Positions 31,155-32,000 of a stretch of DNA of 32,000 nucleotides are shown here, one piece after another (within the stretch, counting starts at the first letter, position 1; each line of letters starts with the position of its first letter). A program made the position numbers and the translations under genes. The notes under the pieces were generated by a model. It had not been told where the DNA came from and made no database searches. It saw only the letters and a program-made list of their open reading frames with translations. The DNA is from Mycobacterium tuberculosis H37Rv (GTDB lineage: Bacteria; Actinomycetota; Actinomycetes; Mycobacteriales; Mycobacteriaceae): contig NC_000962.3 of NCBI RefSeq assembly GCF_000195955.2, positions 150,001-182,000 of the forward strand. Direction: 5' to 3'.

Positions 31155-31985
31155 TCATCCGAGCAGCACCCCGCGCATCCGGTTGACTGTGGCCTGGCTG
31201 ATACCGGCGTCGCGCAGGTAGCCGCCCAGCGATCCGTAGGTCTCGTCAATGGTCTGGCGTGCGGCGGCCAGGTACTCCGCGCGGACACCCAGGACCCCGT
31301 CGGACAGCCGGGCCTTGGTGAACGTCACCACCTCGGGTGCCAGTTCGGTGTCGAAACGCTGCTGGATCATCTCGGAGATCCGGGCCCGCAGTTGTGGCAC
31401 GGAGTCGTTGCTGCGCAGGTAGTCGGCGACGATGACGTCGCGGTCCAGGCCGACCGCTTCAAGCACCAGCGCGACCACGAAGCCGGTGCGATCCTTACCC
31501 GCGAAGCAGTGGGTGAGCACCGGGCGTCCGGCGGCAAGCAGTGTGACGACACGATGTAGCGCGCGCTGTGCTCCATTGCGCGTTGGGAATTGGCGATACT
31601 CGTCGGTCATGTAGCGGGTGGCCGCGTCATTTATCGACTGGCTGGATTCGCCGGACTCGCCGTTGGACCCGTCATTGGTTAGCAGCCTCTTGAATGCGGT
31701 TTCGTGCGGCGCTGAGTCGTCGGCGTCATCATCGGCGAGGTCGGGGAACGGCAGCAGGTGGACGTCGATGCCGTCCGGAACCCGTCCTGGACCGCGGCGG
31801 GCAACCTCCCGGGACGACCGCAGGTCGGCAACGTCGGTGATCCCCAGCCGGCGCAGCGTTGCCCGGCCGGCGTCGTCGAGGCGGCTCAGCTCGCTGGACC
31901 GGAACAGCCGCCCCGGCCGCAATGCGGTTGCGGTGTCGGCGACGTCACGAAAGTTCCACGCGCCCGGCAGTTCACGGACAGCCAT
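31155..31985 (-). CDS. ptpB: Secreted phosphotyrosine/phosphoinositide protein phosphatase
   Basis: 276 aa. P-loop HCFAGKDRTG, N-terminus MAVRELPGAWNFRDVADT. Matches Rv0153c. Confidence 0.96.
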   Translation of the reverse strand: MAVRELPGAWNFRDVADTATALRPGRLFRSSELSRLDDAGRATLRRLGITDVADLRSSREVARRGPGRVPDGIDVHLLPFPDLADDDADDSAPHETAFKRLLTNDGSNGESGESSQSINDAATRYMTDEYRQFPTRNGAQRALHRVVTLLAAGRPVLTHCFAGKDRTGFVVALVLEAVGLDRDVIVADYLRSNDSVPQLRARISEMIQQRFDTELAPEVVTFTKARLSDGVLGVRAEYLAAARQTIDETYGSLGGYLRDAGISQATVNRMRGVLLG

Positions 31986-32000
31986 CTCAGGTGACCGCCG

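Overview
This 32 kb high-GC actinobacterial window matches the Mycobacterium tuberculosis complex chromosome. Protein sequences, gene order and recalled gene coordinates fit the H37Rv Rv0124-Rv0153c segment with an offset of about 150,000; this is recognition from memory, not a database search. Gene order: PE_PGRS2 (5' truncated), pepA, treS, mak, DUF1275 membrane protein, fbpC (Ag85C), htdZ, fadE1, fgd2, GNAT, ephF, TetR, cyp138, msrA, SnoaL-like, NAD-dependent epimerase-like, DUF427, SnoaL-like, HhH-GPD-like, CLC, TetR, two tandem SAM methyltransferases, aldehyde dehydrogenase, SDR, quinone oxidoreductase, a PE-family remnant, PE1, PE2 and ptpB. I found no CRISPR, prophage, IS element, RNA gene or novel defence-type locus. 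Less obvious signals worth follow-up: (1) a 53-bp MIRU pair between treS and mak that forms a relay of 18-codon mini-ORFs linked by ATGA overlaps; (2) PE2 reads as a frameshift mosaic whose PE N-terminus lies in a different frame from the annotated CDS; (3) PE1 probably starts at an internal TTG behind a perfect Shine-Dalgarno; (4) remnants of a third PE/PE-PPE gene lie downstream of PE1, one forming the hypothetical Rv0150c; (5) strong palindromes lie upstream of cyp138, Rv0145 and Rv0147, and a perfect 17-bp inverted repeat lies in the PE remnant region; (6) the CLC protein has atypical motifs.
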